A DNA stretch of 39,072 nucleotides from a virus (taxonomy: Duplodnaviria; Caudoviricetes): the IMG/VR virus record IMGVR_UViG_3300016636_000214, positions 1-39,072 of that record, one strand, 5' to 3'. A program made the translations under genes and the position numbers. How positions within the stretch are numbered: position 1 is the first letter of the stretch; the number at the start of each line of letters is the position of its first letter. Positions 35,777-39,072 of the stretch are shown here, one piece after another. Below the pieces are notes generated by a model. It ran no database searches, was not told where the DNA came from, and worked only from the letters and a program-made list of their open reading frames with translations.

Positions 35777-36662
35777 GCTCTTGAAGATCCAGATGGTCAT
35801 AAATATGGGCCATGTTTTCAGCCCTGATGTGCCACTTCGTCGCCAGTTCGATTCCCTCGCCGGATTGATCGAACACTGCCTTTGCCGCTGGAAACAGACC
35901 GGCGTAGAAGTGGGTGAAGTGCCCGATCATTACCATGCACATTTGGAGCGTGGCGATGCCCAGATCGTAGTGAGCTTGAAGACTAATCGCTGATCGGATT
36001 TGTAAGCAGCTTATGAAGTCAGTGTGCGTATACCCGCTGAGATATGGGTAGATCGAAGTGAAGTAGACTCGATGAAATCCTGCCTTCATCGCCAACTGAT
36101 TCCAGTTGGTTCCCGCACTCCAGTTGCCTTTACGTAGCTTGGTCTTATCGTCTTTGGAGTAAAGCTCGTAGAAAGGCGAGGCTTTGATCCAGGTCCAGTG
36201 TTTCGTAGCGAGCTCTATAGCCTCCCGCTGGCTTTGTACGACCTCGTCAATTGTGGGAATGAGCTTCGACCTTTTCTTCCATCCGCAATACACCCAGACA
36301 ATATGCCGAAACTCTCGAAGGGACTGGTCATCCTCACTGTGCAGCCAATACATCACCAGGTAATTTTCGATAGCAGTTCGAGTCAGGGCTGCAACCGACG
36401 AGTGATCAATGTAGCCAAAGTGCGGAAGTGTCGGTGTACCAAATGGGCACGCCTCTAGAAGAGTTCGCACGGAGCATAGGTGTTTGAACATCTTCATCGA
36501 CAGCACATGTAAGTGAACTGACCAATCTGGCGGATTGGCCGGACTGTTGGCCATCGCCTGCGCGGTAATCATGTCCGACATTAGCCGGATCAATATCTCG
36601 AACTCGCTCTCGAGATTCTCGTTTCGCTCATACATAAACGGGCTGTTCATTTCTTGATCCAC
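35736..36662 (-). CDS. Cargo 1: DUF5677-like helical protein (start uncertain: 36662 GTG or 36650 ATG)
   Basis: TRTAIENY and YPYLSGYTH motifs; lower GC; convergent with Q. Confidence 0.7.
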   Translation of the reverse strand: MDQEMNSPFMYERNENLESEFEILIRLMSDMITAQAMANSPANPPDWSVHLHVLSMKMFKHLCSVRTLLEACPFGTPTLPHFGYIDHSSVAALTRTAIENYLVMYWLHSEDDQSLREFRHIVWVYCGWKKRSKLIPTIDEVVQSQREAIELATKHWTWIKASPFYELYSKDDKTKLRKGNWSAGTNWNQLAMKAGFHRVYFTSIYPYLSGYTHTDFISCLQIRSAISLQAHYDLGIATLQMCMVMIGHFTHFYAGLFPAAKAVFDQSGEGIELATKWHIRAENMAHIYDHLDLQEPKPDPEAHKAGSE

Positions 36663-36681
36663 TCTGCCTAGTCGCGCTCAT

Positions 36682-36717
36682 TCTGCACCCGGCGCGCGTT
36701 CGTCGCCCCGCGACGTC
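36682..36717. repeat. Degenerate partial copy of the cos region
   Basis: TCTGCACCCGGCGCGCG--TTCGTCGCCCCGCGACGTC aligns to TCTGTACCTGGCGCGCGCGCTCGTCCCCCCGCCACGCC (38849-38886). Confidence 0.8.
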
Positions 36718-36840
36718 GCCCAGGTATGGGCGCTTAACGAGCTGGAGACGGTGCCGGCTCGACTTGCGCAGGTTAACGATTGGCAGGGGGAAGGGGTAGT
36801 GAAGTTAAAGCCGTTTGAGCTTGGGGTGGGGGAAAAGTAG
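36709..36840 (+). pseudogene. Second, diverged copy of the portal gene 3' end
   Basis: RDVAQVWALNELETVPARLAQVNDWQGEGVVKLKPFELGVGEK* versus Q RDAAQVWALNELEPVQARLAQVNEWLGEEVIRFRPYELPGQA*; 27 of 38 aa identical. Confidence 0.92.
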
Positions 36841-36875
36841 TACACAGAGCTGTGAGCGAGATAACTTACCCTAGC

Positions 36876-36900
36876 AAAAAGCCCGGCAGTTGCCGGGCTT
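36876..36900 (-). terminator. Intrinsic terminator after the HTH-peptidase gene
   Basis: AAGCCCGGCA-AC-TGCCGGGC-TTTTT. Confidence 0.8.
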
Positions 36901-36911
36901 GTCGATTAGGC

Positions 36912-38021
36912 TTACTTGACCAGGCGCAGGTGCGTTGGTGATTTGACCTGAAGCGGTTGCGAAAGAGCTATCGACTCCAGCCCCGCTAATTCTTGCAGGA
37001 AAGCTGGCTTTATGTGTAACGCTTTAGCTATCTCCTGGGCGTTGATACCTTTTTTCTCCGCCAGGATGAACAATGACCGCGCAAGCATTTCAGGTGGTTC
37101 TTGTGCTACCAGGTTGTCCTCTCTCTCCCCGTTCGTTTCGCCGTATTTTCTCAAGGTGATTACCCCTGTTTTGTACTGGCTCTCGGTGATGAGATCGAGC
37201 TGCTTTGCTCTATACAGGATGCCGGCTTTGCTCACTTTCCAAGTGAGTTTAAAGTCCTTTATGCCTTTCCAATCAAGCCGTGTTCCAGTTGGGCGCGGAA
37301 ACAGTTTTGCCATCATGGAGCGCGGCAAAAGCAGGGCACTCGCGAATCTGTTGGCTTGGTTCTCGGTAACTCTATCTCCTGTTACCACCCCTTCGTGCAT
37401 TACTAGGTGACCTAGCTCATGAGCGATATCAAAGCGTTGTCGGCAAGCGCTTTCTTTAGCAGTGTTACGCACAATAAATGGTCGTTCGACTGATACAGAA
37501 AGAGCATCGATTTCCTTGGACACACCTTGAAACGTGGTTACAACTGCTCCCAGGTTTTCTACGAGACGGGTCATATTGGCAATTGGACCCAATCCTAAAT
37601 CCCACTCTTTCCGGCAAAATTCTGCTGCTCGCTCAACGTCATCGAAGGTGTGCGAGTTTGGCAGGCTAGGAATATTGACTTGAGGCAAGCGCAGCTCTTG
37701 ATCAAGAAACTTGATCAATGAGTCAATCATTTCGCCTCTAGCGATTGCTACCTGTTTGATAGTGCTTTTGGTGGTCATCAGTTTTCTGAAGTGAAACTGA
37801 TCCTCATTCAGTCTGTGCGGTCTGGGTGCGAAGAAACCAATTTCCACATCTAAAGCTTTGGCAAGGTCACCCATCAGCTGTTCTGTAGGCGTTCCTTGGC
37901 CTGTTTCAAGCTTGTGTAGGTATTGGCGTGTTTTGCCTACCCTTTCTGCTACCTCTTCAAGAGCTAGCCCGCTGAAAACGCGGGCTAGTCTGAGAGATGC
38001 TCCGTCGAAAACGGCATTCAT
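36912..38021 (-). CDS. XRE-HTH plus ImmA/IrrE zinc metallopeptidase (RosmerTA RmrA-like antitoxin)
   Basis: LEEVAERVGKTRQYLHKLETG; RQRFDIAHELGH (HExxH); ENQANRFASALLLP. Confidence 0.9.
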   Translation of the reverse strand: MNAVFDGASLRLARVFSGLALEEVAERVGKTRQYLHKLETGQGTPTEQLMGDLAKALDVEIGFFAPRPHRLNEDQFHFRKLMTTKSTIKQVAIARGEMIDSLIKFLDQELRLPQVNIPSLPNSHTFDDVERAAEFCRKEWDLGLGPIANMTRLVENLGAVVTTFQGVSKEIDALSVSVERPFIVRNTAKESACRQRFDIAHELGHLVMHEGVVTGDRVTENQANRFASALLLPRSMMAKLFPRPTGTRLDWKGIKDFKLTWKVSKAGILYRAKQLDLITESQYKTGVITLRKYGETNGEREDNLVAQEPPEMLARSLFILAEKKGINAQEIAKALHIKPAFLQELAGLESIALSQPLQVKSPTHLRLVK

Positions 38022-38026
38022 CTAGA

Positions 38027-38620
38027 TCACTCAGTTTGAGCTTTATCGCTCTTATCAATGGAATCTTCGCGGACACCAACCTCAGCCGGCCGCAGCTCTT
38101 TGGAAGGTGGAGTGTCGCTGTCCACAGTATGCAGTACAGGACCAGATGCTCCATATGCCCATTGAGACACTTTTTCTTGGAAAGCGTTGTATCCAATGAA
38201 GAAAACTCTGTCCTCGTCCTCTTCTGTCATCGCTTTTTCAACGACGAAGCGCCACATAACGGGAGCGTTCTCATCTATCGAAAACAGATCGTCAGCACCA
38301 TTACGCTTGAAAAAACCAGGTTTGGATGGGCTTTCCGGGTCATCCCGGAAGAACCGGCAGGGGACGTTGCCGATCCTGAATGTTAGGTCCATGGCCGCGT
38401 TGGCAAGGCTAAGCCATTGGTACTTACCGCTGACGCACAAATGGATGAGAAGGTTTCGAGAGCGACCAAATACGGCAGTCTCTTGTGTATAGGTGTCATC
38501 GTACGGCGAGGACATTTCTTGAATGGTGGTGTAACGGATGTCGAGCAGCGGTTCGGCAATCTTTGCCAGGCGCTCATCAGACAGTTCTGGATAGAACGAC
38601 GAGGGGTGTTTGAAAGTCAT
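38027..38620 (-). CDS. Hypothetical protein, 197 aa; candidate RosmerTA-type toxin
   Basis: AGGA RBS; stop 5 nt before the HTH-peptidase start; function inferred from architecture only. Confidence 0.65.
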   Translation of the reverse strand: MTFKHPSSFYPELSDERLAKIAEPLLDIRYTTIQEMSSPYDDTYTQETAVFGRSRNLLIHLCVSGKYQWLSLANAAMDLTFRIGNVPCRFFRDDPESPSKPGFFKRNGADDLFSIDENAPVMWRFVVEKAMTEEDEDRVFFIGYNAFQEKVSQWAYGASGPVLHTVDSDTPPSKELRPAEVGVREDSIDKSDKAQTE

Positions 38621-38630
38621 AACGTTTCCT

Positions 38631-38689
38631 GGCAAAAATCGGATTTTGTCAACCAGAGGATCGGGCAAAAAACAACTTCTGTCAACCAG
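38631..38689 (-). promoter_or_regulatory. Promoter and twin operators of the cargo 2 operon
   Basis: TTGACA-N17-GATCCT (38685-38657); two copies of GGCAAAAA-N8-TGTCAACCAG, 33 bp apart. Confidence 0.7.
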
Positions 38690-38867
38690 CTTTCAAAGCA
38701 ATATCGAACCATTGCTCCCTTCGCCACAAGCCACCTATAACCAATAGCTACTCAATGTTCGGCGCCCCTCGCGAGGAGAGAGTTCTGATTAAGTGCAAGA
38801 ACGAGTTGGGGGAGTTGACGTGCTGCAAGTTTTACGGTGGTGGACACCTCTGTACCTGGCGCGCGCG

Positions 38868-38886
38868 CTCGTCCCCCCGCCACGCC
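38868..38886 (-). other. cos site (putative 19-nt cohesive end)
   Basis: GGCGTGGCGGGGGGACGAG resembles P2/186 cos (GGCGWGGCGGGGAAAGCAY); correct position and orientation relative to Q. Confidence 0.8.
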
Positions 38887-39072
38887 CGCGGGCTAAACGT
38901 GTGGTTTTTTCTGCACCCCCTCAGACCGCCCAACGCGACCCAGGCGGTGGGCCGGCGGCAGGTATGGGGTTACACAGAAGCCTGCGATTCCCTGCACTGT
39001 CGGGGTTTTTTGGAGGCGATGAGGTGCACCCAGATTCGGGGGGTGATCGGGGGGGATTTTCGGAAAGAGTAA

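Larger units (their letters stand above)
1496..39072. mobile_element. P2-like (phiCTX-type) prophage; the other att end lies beyond the window
   Basis: Full P2-order gene set Q P O N M L X lysis R S V W J I H G FI FII E T U D, plus cI, ogr, int, att and cos. Confidence 0.97.

Noticed and set aside
35715-35993. 92-aa plus-strand ORF after portal
   Set aside because: Antisense to the DUF5677-like gene; no independent support.
38755-39072. 105-aa ORF at the window end
   Set aside because: Spans cos, has no RBS or recognisable motif; probably non-coding.

Overview
Almost the whole window (about 1496 to beyond 39072) is a near-complete P2-like (phiCTX-type) prophage, most likely in Pseudomonas. 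It is inserted at the anticodon loop of a tRNA-Thr(TGT) gene. Only the displaced 45-bp 3' half of the tRNA is present (1496-1540), next to the P4-type integrase of a second, separate island (1-1323). From left to right the prophage carries: int and a putative xis; an accessory early region with a C5 DNA methyltransferase; a Toprim primase-helicase instead of P2 gpA; ogr, antA, CII-like, Cro/Ner-like and CI-like regulators; a two-gene moron; complete tail, lysis, head and packaging modules; a cargo slot between portal and cos (DUF5677-like gene, RosmerTA-like pair); and a P2/186-like cos. Two signals stand out. (1) The portal-cos cargo slot is tandem: a degenerate cos is fused to a second copy of the portal 3' end at a cos-like 10-mer, suggesting cargo stacking through the cohesive end. 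(2) Four gene-start modules downstream of the primase each have a variable-stem hairpin with an invariant CGGCAA loop plus an identical 21-bp RBS/start block, resembling a cassette array. All family assignments come from motif recognition by eye; no searches were run.
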